Shown here: positions 1-13,950 of the stretch, piece by piece
Layout: the number at the start of each line of letters is the position of its first letter
How positions within the stretch are numbered: position 1 is the stretch's first letter
Assembly (NCBI GenBank): GCA_002269645.1
Contig: NIVC01003015.1
Span: 1 to 64,000 of the forward strand
Reading direction: 5' to 3'
DNA: 64,000 nucleotides
Source: Macrostomum lignano
Lineage: Eukaryota
The notes under the pieces: generated by a model
What the model saw: only the letters and a program-made list of their open reading frames with translations
Database searches by the model: none
Told to the model about the DNA's origin: nothing
Made by a program: the position numbers and the translations under genes

Positions 1-305
1 CAGCCGGTTCAGTGTGCGCAGCCAGATGACTATGTGGCTCCATTGTGTCGCGCCAATATCAATGAATATACATACATGGATATAAATGTTGAATATCTTA
101 TATCGGCGAGCATAATATATGCAACCGCTGTGCACGCGGACTGATGAAATTGGCTGGCTGCACAGCTACTGAGACTTTGAATGAAAGCGATAGCGATTGC
201 GATCTAAGCGTCCTTTTCCCTCGCTACTTTCGCGATATGGCAAGACGTCGGCGCTTTATCGACAGATGGAGAGACGAGCAGAGGCTGAAAGTAAGGCGGA
301 TACTA

Positions 306-470
306 AGGCATATGCAGACGGACAGGCTGGAAGGAAGACAGACAATGAGGCATATGCAGACAGACAGGCTGGAAGGAAGACAGAAAATGAGGCATATGCA
401 GACGGACAGGCTAGACTGAAGACAGACAATGAGGCATATGCAGATGGACAGGCTGGAAAGAAGGCAGACA
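306..470. repeat. 42-bp tandem repeat (about 4 copies) in a GACA-rich tract
   Basis: AGGCATATGCAGA recurs at 306, 348, 390 and 432. Confidence 0.85.
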
Positions 471-2260
471 CTCGGGTCATACAAACAGACAAGCTGAGAG
501 ACAGACAGTAACAGATAGGACAGTCTGGGTTTGACAGGCAGACAGTCATAAGCGGACAGTGAAGCAGACAGACAGCACAGACTAATGACGGACATCAAAC
601 AGTCGCCAAATTATCTTGTGCAGTGATATAAAAAAGATGCCATAAATCCGGCTACAGACGAGCTTGCCAGACAGTAAAATCCGGCTGTAAGTACAGACAG
701 TGAAATCCCACTACAGACAGACTGAGGATTCAGACTTCCATGAAGCGTTTTGCCTCCTGGGTGCAATAGCCTTTTTCATGGTTTTTCCCAATCCCTTCAA
801 GATCTCCCAACTGGGAGTTCTCTCCCCTTCCCAGTCGGTATTAAGATCCTCTCCCGGTTGCAGGAGGCTCGATTGCCAGATTCGAGCCAACCGAGCCCTG
901 TCATAAAGCACACAATTAATAATTCATAATTGCGCGCGCATTAATGCCGCCGCTGCAACTGACCAGACTTTGCTATTAACGGATGGCCCAGACGGACAAG
1001 CCGAATATGAAAAATAGGAAAAATTGTTCCGAAAGAGAAAGGAGAGTGGATGGAGGTTGAGATCGTGGGAACCAGAGACGGGGATAAGCACACAGGTCCG
1101 AGATATTCCTATCGGAGCAACTAACTGAGGCCATTTTTACGACGCGGCAGCATCGTTTCGAATGCAACGGGACCGGATAAATTAATTAAATTTATAAATA
1201 TGCATGGCGAGCGGGCCTCGCTGTCTGGGGTCCCCTGTGTGCATTCGGCCGTGCCCCTATTGGCTAGCTGAATAGCAAGTAGTAGGGTCGACTCCGGTGC
1301 CCAGACAGACGAGTAGCTAAGCGACTAATTTTATGCGGCCAAAAGGAACTGACAGGGCGCAACAAAACCCCGATCTGCGTCAGGCTCCGCTGGCGGCACG
1401 CGGAAGCCAAACTAAAAGTGTGTAGAAGGCGCATAGAATTCTTTTCGGAAAGTCGCCTCTCTCAGCTGGCGGCGGCTTGATTAAATTGGCCTCACCATCC
1501 CCCCCCCCGAGCTTCATCGCCGATTGTGGGAGCGGGGGAGCCCGCCGATTTCTCTTTCTCATACCCCCCCCCCGACCTGGGCATTTGGGAAATAGTCCCC
1601 ATGGCTTCTCAAAGTAGTCTGGGAGAAAAAGTCTTGGCTCCCGTTTATCCTATAGACTTCTCCCTCTCCCTTTTCTTCCCTTGCAGTCTCTTCCTGCCTT
1701 CAATATCCTTGGGAAAATTGATTTTCAAAGTAATTTATCATGGCGAAGGCTGGTAGACGGACGCATTGGCGGCTGGCCCGGTTTGGAGGTGACTGAGGAG
1801 GGGGGGGGCTTTGATCCGCAGCCTCCGCCACCTCTATTTTTCCTGGAGGGTGGGGCTACCGCAGCAGTAGGCCACAGTACATCTGCAGGCCTAGTGTTGG
1901 TGACTTTAGATTTATCAGAAAGTATCTTAAAAAAGAAAAAAGAAATATCTTGAAACGAGGCTCGGTTTAGGTATAATTTATTACCAATAGTCGGCATTTA
2001 ATTGGCACAAATTTTTCCCCTATAAAATCCTAAATCCGTGCCAATCCGGGCCGCTATTTTCAAATTTTTCCCGAGAAAGTAATAAAAGCTAGGCTTAAGC
2101 CGGCCTACCTTAAGCCTCTCCAACCCCACTTGTTATATATTTTATTGAAGCGAGTTTTTGGAGTCGCATAGGCTGTTGTTGGCGGGGGGGGGCGGTTGAC
2201 TAAAGGAAGACAATGCCGATTGTCTGCATCAGTCTAGTCAAGCCTGCACTCTCCGCTCTG

Positions 2261-2262
<2 letters not shown>

Positions 2263-2294
<32 letters not shown>
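2263..2294. repeat. (CT)n microsatellite
   Basis: Read directly from the sequence. Confidence 0.9.
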
Positions 2295-2297
<3 letters not shown>

Positions 2298-2719
2298 TTC
2301 ATCCTCTCCTAGCATCATCTAAGCCTTGCTCATCAGCAGCGCGTGTCACAGCTACTAGTCATCTCCCCTTTGTGTTTTGTTGAGTGCTTGTACCCTGATT
2401 TAGCGAACTACAGCAGTCAGCCCGCGCTTTGTGCACTGCGGATCTCCCCGCGCGCACGCACTAGTAAACCAATTCAAGCACTGCTAGCTTGATTGCCTTC
2501 AGTGCCTTTTTGTAGTAAGCTAGCAATCTCTATGGATTCCAGAAAATGTTAGAAACTTTTGCGCGCCTTCGTTGTTAAATGTCGCTTAGCTCACTCAGCA
2601 CCGCACAGTCAAATTCAAGCGAGTCTATTGCAATATCAACGATGAATAAATGCAAAGATAACAATAATTGCATTTTTTATCTGCATTAGCAACTCAGACA
2701 GCCAATATTATCCCTTATT

Positions 2720-3990
2720 CATGATCCACAGTCCCTGATCCCTAATCCTTAATCCTTGATCCACAGTCCCTGATCCCTAATCCTTAATCCTTGATTCACA
2801 GTCCCTGATCCCTAATCCTTAATCCATGATCCACAGTCCTGATCCCTAATTCGTAATCCATGATCCACAGTCCTGATCCCTAATTCGTAATCCATGATCC
2901 ACAGTCCCTGATTCCCTAATCTTTAATCCATGATCCACATTCCCTGATCCCTAATCTTCAATCCATGATCCACAGTCCCTGATCCCTAATCCTTAATCCA
3001 TGATCCACAGTCCCTGATCCTTATTCTTTAATCCATTATCCACAGTCCCTGATCCCTAATCCTTAATCCATGATTCACAGTCCCTGATTCCCTAATCTTT
3101 AATCCATGATCCACATTCCCTGATCCCTAATCTTCAATCCATGATCCACAGTCCCTGATCCTTATTCTTTAATCCATTATCCACAGTCCCTGATCCCTAA
3201 TCCTTAATCCATGATTCACAGTCCCTGATCCCTAATCTTTAATCCATGATCCACAGCCCCTGATCCCTAATCTTTAATCCACGATCCACAGTCCCTGATC
3301 CCTAATCCTTAATCCATGATTCACAGTCCCTGATCCCTAATCCTTAATCCATGATCCACAGTCCCTGATCCTTATTCTTTAATCCATTATCCACAGTCCC
3401 TGATCCCTAATCCTTAATCCATGATTCACAGTCCCTGATCCCTAATCTTTAATCCATGATCCACAGTCCCTGATCCCTTATCTTTAATCCACGATCCACA
3501 GTCCCTGATCCCTAATCCTTAATCCATGATTCACAGTCCCTGATCCCTAATCCTTAATCCACGATCCACAGTCCCTGATTCCCTAATCTGTAATCCATGA
3601 TCCACATTCCCTGATCCCTAATCTTCAATCCATGATCCACAGTCCCTGATCCTTATTCTTTAATCCATTATCCATTATCCACAGTCCCTGATCCCTAATC
3701 CTTAATCCATGATTCACAGTCCCTGATCCCTAATCCTATCGTTAATCCATGATCCACAGTCCCTGATCCCTAATCTTTAATCCACGATCCACAGTCCCTG
3801 ATCCCTAATCTTTAATCCACGATCCACAGTCCCTGATCCCTAATCCTTAATCCATGATCCACAGTCCCTGATTCCCTAATCTGTAATCCATGATTCACAG
3901 TCCCTGATCCCTAATCTTTAATCCATGATTCACAGTCCCTGATCCCTAATCTTTAATCCATGATTCACAGTCCCTGATCCCTAATCCACG
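2720..3990. repeat. 35-bp minisatellite (ATGATCCACAGTCCCTGATCCCTAATCCTTAATCC)n
   Basis: About 35 slightly variable copies, ending about 140 bp upstream of the muscleblind exon. Confidence 0.95.
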
Positions 3991-4127
3991 ATCCCCGATT
4001 TCACCCCCAGATCTATAAATTGTGTTGATGATTTCCGATCACACGAGCGTATCATATACTAATCCAGTGTCTCTAATTTATCCATAATCTTCTAATCCGT
4101 GATCCTTGGTCCCCCGTCCCCCCGCAG

Positions 4128-4296
4128 TGCATGCCGACGGCGGCAGCCTACGCCGGTCTGCACGGCGGCAAGCGGCCTGCCGTGGCGGACAACAAGAGCG
4201 GCATCCCAGTCTACCAGCCGGCCGCCTCCTATCAGCAGTTGGCGCCGTTCCAGGTGCCCGGCGCTCAGACTCACGGCGCCTTCATCCCGACTTCGT
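4128..4296 (+). CDS. MBNL: Internal exon of a muscleblind-like (MBNL) splicing regulator; other exons not identified in the window
   Basis: Acceptor ccccccgcag|4128. The translation CMPTAAAYAGLHGGKRPAVADNKSGIPVYQPAASYQQLAPFQVPGAQTHGAFIPTS resembles, from memory, the invertebrate muscleblind motif KRPA..KSGIPVYQP..YQQL...F(I/V)P(V/T)S. GTGAGT donors lie at 4297 and 4306; read-through stops at 4358. Confidence 0.7.
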
Positions 4297-4399
4297 GTGA
4301 GTTGTGTGAGTTCTCATGTTCTGTTTCTACTCAGATACGTGTCGCTTTTCTGATATAAAAGCATTCGGGTGAGGTGTGTCGCAAGGGAATAATTTTCAA

Positions 4400-4935
4400 T
4401 AGGATGATTCCCTTTGGATAATTCCCTGTCGGATGATCCTCTAGGATAATTCCCTGTAGAATGATTCCCTGTGAGATGATTCCCTGAGATAATTCCCCGT
4501 AGGATGATTCCCTGTGATTATTCCCTGTAGGATAATTCTCTGCGAGATAATTCCCTGTAGGATGATTCCCTGTGAAATAATTCCCTGTAGGATGATTCTC
4601 TGTGAGATAATTCCCTGTAGGATAATTCCCTGTGAAATAATTCCCTGTAGAATGATTCCCTGTGAGATGATTCCCTGAGATAATTCCCCGTAGGATGATT
4701 CCCTGTGATAATTCCCTACAGGATAATTCTCTGTGAGATAATTCCCTGTAGGATGATTCCCTGTGAAATAATTCCCTGCACCGGTAGGATGATTCCCTTT
4801 GAGATAATTCCCAGTTGTATAATTCCCTGAGGTAATTCACCATAGGATGATTCCCTGTGCGATACATGTATTCTCCTGTAGGATAATACCCTGTAGAATA
4901 AGATAATTAATTATAAGAAAATTAATTCCCTGTGT
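4400..4935. repeat. 15/30-bp minisatellite (GATTCCCTGTGAGAT AATTCCCTGTAGGAT)n
   Basis: Dimeric 15-mer array just downstream of the muscleblind exon. Confidence 0.9.
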
Positions 4936-6767
4936 TATAATTCCCGTCAGAAAACATCCGTGTTTTGGATAGTTTGCTGCAGAATAATAGAGTAATTGCC
5001 TCTTAAAATACATACTGTATGGAAAATAGTCTGCGTACAGGTAGTGAATATTTGCTTGCTAATTACAGGAGAAAGTGTCAAACAGATCTATATTGCCTGT
5101 AGGATTGGAAAGATTTTGAGTCTTCGTTTACTGAGTTAATTTTATTTATTTAAACTAGAATTGATTCGTCTTTGAAATAGAAAATTCGATTTTTATTGAA
5201 ACAATTTCTATTCAAGATTCTGGCCAGATTACGAGCCTATGCGTGACTTTTTGCCTCTGCGCACACCCTCCCCCTCACACTTTAATCCTCCAACGCGTCC
5301 CAGCGCGTCGATTTTTTTCAAATTAAGCGTCGCAGTTTGCGGCCCAAGTGGAATTTGAGCCCAATCGGTCTTCGCTCTATCGGCTCGCTGTTTTCACGTT
5401 CTTCCTTCGATTCCGAAATACTAATTTAAACGATTTCCCCCGGGCATTCAACCGCAAGGCTGTGTATGCGGATATATTAAACCGATGGGATTTATAATAG
5501 CCTTCCGACCAGTTGCATTAGTGCGCACAAATTGGCTCCGAGGATTATTAAGCCTTGGGGGTCAGGGGGTGGCGGACGCCGGTCTGTCGGTCTCTCCTGG
5601 CAGCTCGAGATTATTGTTGGCAATTTGCCGCTCCATCCTTGGGGATTTTCCCCGGCCGGGAGGCCCCAGTTTCCAGACGTGGCCGTATGGCTTGAATTCG
5701 TTTCCCTACTCCAGCAGCCGTCTATGAGCAGCAGTGCTCAGTCATTCTGCCCTCTAAATTCAGTCACACACTGGGAGAGAGAGAGAGAGAGAGAGATGCG
5801 TCATCTATGGGAAGCTCAAGATTTTCTGCCTGTCGGGGAAGTGAGGTATTTCTCTCTCATGTGTGGGGGAAACTGTGCGCAGGCACCCCTGTCTGGCCTG
5901 CATACACCTCTTATGTATACAAGGAGCGCGTATATATAAGTATATCTACGAGTATACATTTGAGCACATTCTGCTGTCAGGCTCGCCTCTCCAATTCGCT
6001 GCCTAAATCCTTCACTAAAAAAGCCCCAAAAAATAATCCGGTCATCCATCATCAAATACCGCTGGAGACCAAAAGAGGTGGAGGAGGCTGGGTGTCGACT
6101 GCTGCGACTGAGCAGCCTGGATGAGGCGTCAATTGAGCTCGCCAGCTTCCCTACCCGTCTCTCCCTTCCCCCGATTCCTCTGTTATCAGACGGCGCGGGA
6201 TCCTTATCTGGCGGACTGGATGTCTCCAGTTCACATCTGGTCAATGCCCGGCAGAGCGGGTCATAATTCATTGTTGTCTGTCAGCGAGGCAGCTTATTCA
6301 ACGCCGCAAACTTTTTTTCTTAGCCAGCCAGAAAAGAGGCAGCACCAGCTTCGTCGTCTTCTTGCGATGGCTAATTCCTTATTTCCCTCCTGCTAGGAGG
6401 TGAGGAGGCGCATCAGTCTGTGAGCCATCGTAAAAACCTGGGGCCATATTCTACTAGGGCGCTGACCAACCCATTCCCTTGTCTGGATTCACTTTTCTCT
6501 TCTCGCACTCTTCGGCAAGTTTATGGCCGGCCAGATGGATGGAAGAAGCTGGCGCGGCGGTGGCGGTGGCGGTGGCGGCTGCAGCGGCGAAAGAAAGAAA
6601 TTAGGAAGGAAAACGGCCCGACACAGCAGAAGGTGGAATTCCAAATTAATGGCGGGTGATAACTTGGCCGTCTGGGGCACCGCTGCGCTTGTGGTGTGCA
6701 CTCCTTTGGTGCGGTACCGGCTGCTAGACAAGCAGATAGATATGAGAGACTGACAAACAGACAGGTA

Positions 6768-7045
6768 GACGGACCGACACAATTAGACAGACTGGCGGAC
6801 GGACCGACACTAGGACACAATTAGACAGACTGGCGGACGGACGGACCGACACTAGGACACAATTAGACAGACTGGCGGACGGACAGACCGACACTAGGAT
6901 ACAATCAGACAGACTGGCGGACGGACGGACGGACCGACACTAGGACACAATCAAACTGGCGGACGGACCGACACTAGGACACAATCAAACTGGCGGACGG
7001 ACCGACACTAGGACACAATCAGACAGACTGGCGGACGTACCGACA
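6768..7045. repeat. About 30-42-bp tandem repeat (ACGGACCGACACTAGGACACAATTAGACAGACTGGCGG)n
   Basis: About 7 copies read directly. Confidence 0.85.
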
Positions 7046-8999
7046 CACAGACAAGCAGATGCAGGCAGACAGACAAGAGACAGACGGATGGACAAAACTA
7101 TAACAGCCGGGCAGACAGATTGACAGACTGACGCTAAGACAAACTATTTTCTCGCACGAGGTTTGCAGGCACCCTTTCTAATCGTCAGGCATGTACACTT
7201 TCTGAGCCTTGGGGGCTGGCTCTCATAGGTATGAATCGCACGACAGTCCACCGTGAAGAAGCAGCCCCAAATGAATGTGGTCTTGCATAGAATCGAACCA
7301 CAGGTCGTGGAGCGAGAGTTCGGCTTTACCGCTAAGCTGCTCTGCCCCCTGACACTACTAAGACAAAGACAGACCGACTGTCCGCATTCTAAAGTTTATA
7401 AAGTTACTCAAGCAAGCTGCTTCAGTCGCACACTGAATAACACAGATGGCAATGCATATGCAAAATACCGTCCTCCACCCACTTACTTACCGAGGATGAC
7501 CCCCTCTACAACAGATTGAAGAAGTCAAGTTAGGAAAGAGAACTCCCAGATTTCCCTAACTCCCTAATTCCCATCGCCCCCTCCCCGCCTCCTAAAGAAA
7601 TCCATCGATTTTGAGCGCACAATGACGATAATTTATAGCAGTGCTATTCGCCCAATCTCTTGCTCTGTGCGTCTGCCTGTCTGTCTGTGTGTATGTATGC
7701 AGAAAATACTGGCGCTAGGGTGTATCGGATCAGTTTGGCTGGTATCGGGTCTCGCGCCCCGTTTAGAGAATAGTATATTATAAGTAAGCCAGATAGAGAG
7801 AGAGAGCTGGGAGTGAGGAAAGACAGAACGGGATCTTGAAGGATGCACGCCGGGACAGGGGTTAGCAATGGCGCTGCAGACAGTTTGGGAGGCAACGAGA
7901 CTGGGACCAGAAATCTAATTAGTTTGCTGCTGGTAGGGAAGGCGGCCTCCCCCCACTCTCATAGTGGTTGCATAACTCTCTTCTCCCTCCTCCAATTCTT
8001 GACTTAGAGACCCCGGGGCCTTAGCTATTGCTTATCCCAAACTGGGATCTTGCAATCCTTGAAGCCTCGTCGAGCCGCAGCCCCCTAGATTTCCATTTTG
8101 AAGGCATCAAGTATATATTGTGTATAAATATATATAGAATTTGCATTGGGTTGGTGTCTTCCGCTATTCAAAAACAGAGAGAGAAAGATAGAGATTCGCC
8201 AGGTATATCCACCCCTTCCCCACCCTCTTAGCTCTCGTATTTTTATTGCCATTAATTTCGCTTCTCCTGTTTCTGTATTTCCCTTATTCTAAACTTCCGC
8301 CATAGTTCCCTGCTTAGCTAGGCCCCGAAATTTCTCTTCCGTACACACGAATTCTTGAATCGCTTTTGGCCCGTTTTGGGATTGGGGATTGACGGCTCCG
8401 CGCGGGTGTGGCTGCGACCCCGGTAGGGGGCGGGCTTTGACCCCGTATCCCCAGCGAAGGGGTCGGGAATAGGGGATGATGGCAGAGACTTGGCAGTCAG
8501 TTGCTTCTTGGTGGGAAAATTTCCCCTCTGTATTCTTCCCGACGGCGCGCAAATCCCCTTTTCCGGCCTCGCCCCCCTTGCCCCATGGCTGATTCACAGG
8601 CCTCTTCAGGACCGGAGGCAATCAATTTGATTTTTATTTTGATAGCCAAGATCACTTTTTAGGGTTTATAGTATTTTTATGGCCAGATCAATGAGATTGC
8701 GAGTTCGAATCCTAAATCCGCCCCAACCGACTAATCCATTTTCAGTTGCCGGTCACGTTGCCGCTGTGCCCCGCTACTGAGAAGCTGGCCAGTTAAGCAT
8801 CGAGGCCTCATCAATAGAAACTGCACAGTTCGAGCCCTGCACCTCTAGCAGCTCTCTGGGTGGCGCGCGGTGCATGCAATGCGAATTAGGCCCGACGCAC
8901 TCCTTTCTCTGTACTGCTTATAAGACCCACCCAATTAGCGAGTGGGTTAGCTGGTAGGTTGTGCGCTGTAGCGGGAAATGGGAAAATGTGCACTCCCTT

Positions 9000-9290
9000 T
9001 ATCTAGCATCTAGTCGGGCATGAGGTTGTTGCTCTGTGGGGGCAATTTACATTCCCGCTATCTAGCATCTAGTCCGGCGTGAGGTGGGTGCTCTGTGGGG
9101 GGCAATGTACATTCCCGCTATCTAGCATCTAGTCCGGCGTGAGGTGGGTGCTCTGTGGGGGGCAATGTACATTCCCACTATCTAGCATCTAGTCCGGCGT
9201 GAGGTGGGTGCTCTGTGGGGGCAATGTACATTCCTGCTATCTAGCATCTAGTCCGGCGTGGGTGCTCTTTGGGGGCAAGGTATACATTCC
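9000..9290. repeat. About 60-bp tandem repeat (TATCTAGCATCTAGTCCGGCGTGAGGTGGGTGCTCTGTGGGGGGCAATGTACATTCCCGC)n
   Basis: About 4.5 copies. Confidence 0.9.
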
Positions 9291-10144
9291 CTCTACGAGC
9301 GTACCCAGGCAATTAGCGCATTTTCGATCCAGTCAAAGCAGAAACTTGGCCCACAGGCCACAACAAATTAGCAGGTGTAATCCCGGTGGCCCCAAAAGGT
9401 GTGCGTCGTTTTCTTTAAATATCGCAGTATCAAAGGCTTGCCTCCGCGCTGCCACCAACAGCCGCTTGGGCAGTTTACACGGCTGGCACACATTTACTAA
9501 CCTTTAGTTATTGCAACTTATAAAATTTGTAACTATGCAACTTGACTGAGAAGAGAGAAGCACTTATTGAACAATTGCGCACTAATAAGAGAATCCCCGA
9601 TGTTTGAAATCATCACAAGTTTCAAGTGTTTTTTTTGCAATACCGATTCTGTCTTTATGTACTTATTAATTCGTAGGAGAGCGGAGTTGGCTTGGTTCAA
9701 GCCATGGCAACGCGGCGCGCCATCTTGTTTCTTTTATAAATAGTTGCAGATCTTAGCACTTAGCACAGTGGCTCAGTGTACGGAGCCAGCCGCCACCCCC
9801 AAATCTGATCCAAGACTTTTGTTTCACTCGGTTTTTCTCTCCCGTCATGTCGTGCCAGGCGCGTGTGATCTTTGCTTCATATTTGGCGTTTTCGACCGTT
9901 TTTTGCAACTTTACTTAATTGTGTATTTCTTTTTTACTTGTTGTTGCCGCTGACGTGTTTTTTTCTATAAAGAACGCTACACGCGTATTATGTTTTTCGT
10001 TTCTGTGAATTTACAGGTGTTTTTTAGATCTTTCTATTTGTATCGGGCGCGAGTTTAACGATTTGAAATGCCGCCGGAACTCATCCGGAAGTTGGGATGA
10101 AAATCCTTTTAATAGTTTGTAGGAAATATCTTCCAGAAGTTGAG

Positions 10145-10410
10145 TAGAAATTCCCACCGGAAGTTGGACTAGAATCCCACCGGAAGTTGGTCTAGAATTC
10201 CCACCGAAAGTTGGTCTAGAATTCCCACCGGAAGTTGGTCTAGAATCCCACCGGAAGTTGGTCTAGAATTCCCACCGAAAGTTGGTCTAGAATTCCCACC
10301 GGAAGTTGGTCTAGAGTTCCCACCGAAAGTTGGACTAGAATTCCTACCGGAAGTTGGGCTAGAATTCCCACCGGAAGTTGGACTAGAATTCCCACCGGAA
10401 GTTGGACTGA
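10145..10410. repeat. 24-bp minisatellite (TAGAATTCCCACCGGAAGTTGGTC)n
   Basis: About 11 copies. Confidence 0.9.
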
Positions 10411-11488
10411 AATTTCTCGGAAATGGAACTATAATTCTCCAGACTAATAAAGTTGAACTTCCCAGGCGATCAGTTGATAGTCCGTTAAACTCGCAGCGCC
10501 ACTCTCTGATTTACCAAAAAACCTTATATCTGTTTTTACATGAGTGCATAGGCATATTTATATATATATTATACCGACACTTATATTTTCAAATATGATA
10601 TATACATATATAGTTTTATTGTTTACCAACTTGTTCATAATTGTCGTGGTCATTTTCATATGCATACATACATATATATGTTATATAATAATATTTATTT
10701 ATTTAGCAAAAGACTTAACACACACCTGAGCAGTCAGCCAGTGTTCACTCGTTTTTTTTCGTTTTTAAAAAAGCAAAAAAATATTTTGCTGTACAAGCAG
10801 TTTAGTTATAATGTGTGTTTTTACTTGACCCCAAACATTTGTTTGCCATTTGTTTGTGTTTTTTATGTCTCCATGCCCAGCCAGCAGAGCCCAGAGTTTG
10901 ATCTGGCGGCCGTTAAGCCAACATATGCATGAGGAATTATTAGTGACAATCTAATAATAAACCAATTAGCGGATGGCACAAGACTTGGCTTTGCGGCCGC
11001 CAACCAGTAGCTAAGTGAATGGGAGGGCCCAAGCGTCATGTTCATTCTGCGTCTGTTCTCATTTTGTTCTCGCGTATTTTGGTTCAATAATAGTCTCTTT
11101 TTATCGAAATGATTTTATCTAAAACAATACTATTAATTTTAGGCGAATTTTTACTTGTATACTACTATCGAGTCTGAATCAAGTGAGTAGCATTGGTTTA
11201 ATCAATGTTTTTATTTTTAACAAAACACAAAATACCCTCGTCTCTCTTGTTTTGAAAAGCCTGTTAAAAAGTGACTTTTAGCATGGGCTAGGCCTAGCAT
11301 TGAATTCGCAATCCTGTCTAATATATGTGTTAGTTACTTTCATTTTTAAACTGCTATACTTCGAGCGTATAGGTGACACTGTTAAGATAAACCAGCCTCT
11401 TGTATTCTAAACACAGGCCTCTAAGCTATCTGATTTTCTGCAGCTGGCTTGGCGGATCTGCCGAATGTCCTAGCTATTATAGCACTAT

Positions 11489-12137
11489 CAGTCCCGCAGT
11501 AGCCGGCACAACCCCACCCCTAAGTCCCGCAGTAGCCGGCACAACCCCACCCCTCAGTCCCGCAGAGGCTGGCACAACCCCCACCCCTCAGTCCCGCAGT
11601 GGCTGGCACAACCCCCACCCCTCAGTCCCGCAGTGGCTGGCACAACCCCCACCCCTCAGTCCCGCAGTGGCTGGCACAACCCCCACCCCTCAGTCCCGCA
11701 GTGGCTGGCACAACCCCCACCCCTCAGTCCCGCAGTGGCTGGCACAACCCCCACCCCTCAGTCCCGCAGTGGCTGGCACAACCCCCACCCCTCAGTCCCG
11801 CAGTGGCTGGCACAACCCCCACCCCTCAGTCCCGCAGTGGCTGGCACAACCCCCACCCCTCAGTCCCGCAGTGGCTGGCACAACCCCCACCCCTCAGTCC
11901 CGCAGTGGCTGGCACAACCCCCACCCCTCAGTCCCGCAGTGGCTGGCACAACCCCCACCCCTCAGTCCCGCAGTGGCTGGCACAACCCCCACCCCTCAGT
12001 CCCGCAGTGGCTGGCACAACCCCCACCCCTCAGTCCCGCAGTGGCTGGCACAACCCCCACCCCTCAGTCCCGCAGTGGCCGGCACCCCACCCCTCAGTCC
12101 CGCAGTGGCCGGCACCCCCACCCCTCAGTCTCGCAGT
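11489..12137. repeat. 34-bp minisatellite (GTGGCTGGCACAACCCCCACCCCTCAGTCCCGCA)n
   Basis: About 19 near-identical copies; these produce the spurious ORFs at 11400-12204. Confidence 0.95.
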
Positions 12138-13229
12138 AGCAAAGAGCAAAATTGAAAATCAGCTGTCAGCGATTTCAGTATCGCCTGAAAATACAATTAA
12201 TTAAAACTAGGAAATATTTCTCCTGATCATCCAAATTGTTTATAAATCGATTATATATTCAAGCCTCACTCATTATTGCTGCAGTGATTTCGATACAAAT
12301 AATTTAAACGAAATTTTATTAATTTCTTTTAAAGCAATCGCGAAGAACCGTCTTTACATATTAAACAAAAATAGAACAACTATTACAGCTCCAGCATTTC
12401 AAAAGAGCTAATTCGGTGAAAAGTAATTGAAAAAGTGGAAAAATCAAGTCATTGTTGTCTGTTTTGATCGTCTTTTATTTCAATTTGATATTTCGTTTGT
12501 GTTCTACTAATAGTGGCTAAATTGACTATTAATATTCAAATTAAAAAACTGAGAAATAACTAAAAAGTAAGTAAATCATTGATTATTAATTCGTGGAGTG
12601 GGAATATTAATGTTAACAAGCATGCTAATCATAAAGGATAGAATGTTATAATAAAATATCGTTAAGCGTAACATTGTGATATAATTAAATAATTAATAAT
12701 TTTAATCATCATAAACATTTCATTTAGAGTAAAGCTATAAAAGACAACACATTTTTTTCAAATTTTAACGAAAAAGTTTTAGCATAATTTCTTGTTTTAA
12801 TTTTGCTAGTAATATTTAGTTCTTTAATTAAAATTTTACGTTTACAGCAGTAGCTTCAATTGTACATACTAAATAGGGTTCCACTGCCAGCTCATACAGA
12901 TGCACAACTGAAGCAGAATGACGCTACGTTTGATTTTCTTAGAAATGAGCTGGGAACGGTAAGGATCGAGCAGATATTTGTCGTATCAATTACATACACA
13001 TAGCATGAGGTTTCGCCATAGACAAATTCGGTTGAGAAAAATTCGATTGTACACAAATGTACACGTACGTTCCTTACCGCGGCCTCCTCCGGCTCATTTC
13101 TAAAAAATCGAGTGTACTCTCATTCTAATTCAGTTGTACATGCTCCTACAGTAGATGACTAGGATCATATGGCTCGATCTGCTTGTTCAGGACTGAGTTT
13201 GGTATTGAATTATATTCCAACTTTAAACC

Positions 13230-13705
13230 GGATTGGGTTCTAATTGTACAGGATTGGGTTCTAGTTGTACAGGATTGGGTCCTAATTGTACAGGATTGGG
13301 TCCTAATTGTACAGGATTGGGTCCTAATTGTACAGGATTGGGTCCTAATTGTACAGGATTGGGTCCTAATTGTACAGGATTGGGTCCTAATTGTACAGCA
13401 TTGGGTCCTAATTGTACAGGATTGGGTCCTAGTTGTAAGGATTGGGTCCTAATTGTACAGGATTGGGTCCTAATTGTACAGCATTGGGCCCTAATTGTAC
13501 AGGATTGGGTCCTAATTGTACAGGATTGGGTCCTAGTTGTAAGGATTGGGTCCTAATTGTACAGGATTGGGTCCTAATTGTACAGCATTGGGTCCTAATT
13601 GTACAGGATTGGGTCCTAATTGTACAGGATTGGGTCCTAATTGTACAGGATTGGGTCCTAGTTGTACAGGATTGGGTTCTAATTGTACAGGATTGGGTCC
13701 TAATT
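13230..13705. repeat. 21-bp minisatellite (GGATTGGGTCCTAATTGTACA)n
   Basis: About 22 copies. Confidence 0.95.
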
Positions 13706-13950
13706 GCATGTACAGTGCATGTTGACGATCCAAAGTGTACATTAATTATTGAGTCATAATTGTACCTTGCTGATCCGGTTATAATTACATAGCTAATCAA
13801 GGGGTTCCACATCACATTGATACAAGCATATCATGGTTTAACAGGATTGAAGATTGTAATGCTCAGTACGCAGCTGCGGGTTCAAGAGAGGAGAGTCCCA
13901 ATAATTCACCCGAGTCCCGTGCCTCTCTCTGGTCATAGCCGGCCGGCACT

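Noticed and set aside
983-1060. 25-codon ORF MAQTDKPNMK... resembling a beta-thymosin start
   Set aside because: It lacks the LKKTET actin-binding motif, and the similarity is limited to DKP.M.
8703-8712. tRNA B-box-like GTTCGAATCC
   Set aside because: There is no cloverleaf or convincing A-box around it.
10880-10932. Possible terminal exon PSQQSPEFDLAAVKPTYA* for muscleblind
   Set aside because: The available acceptors are phase 0 or 2, whereas the MBNL donors are phase 1, and no homology was recognised.
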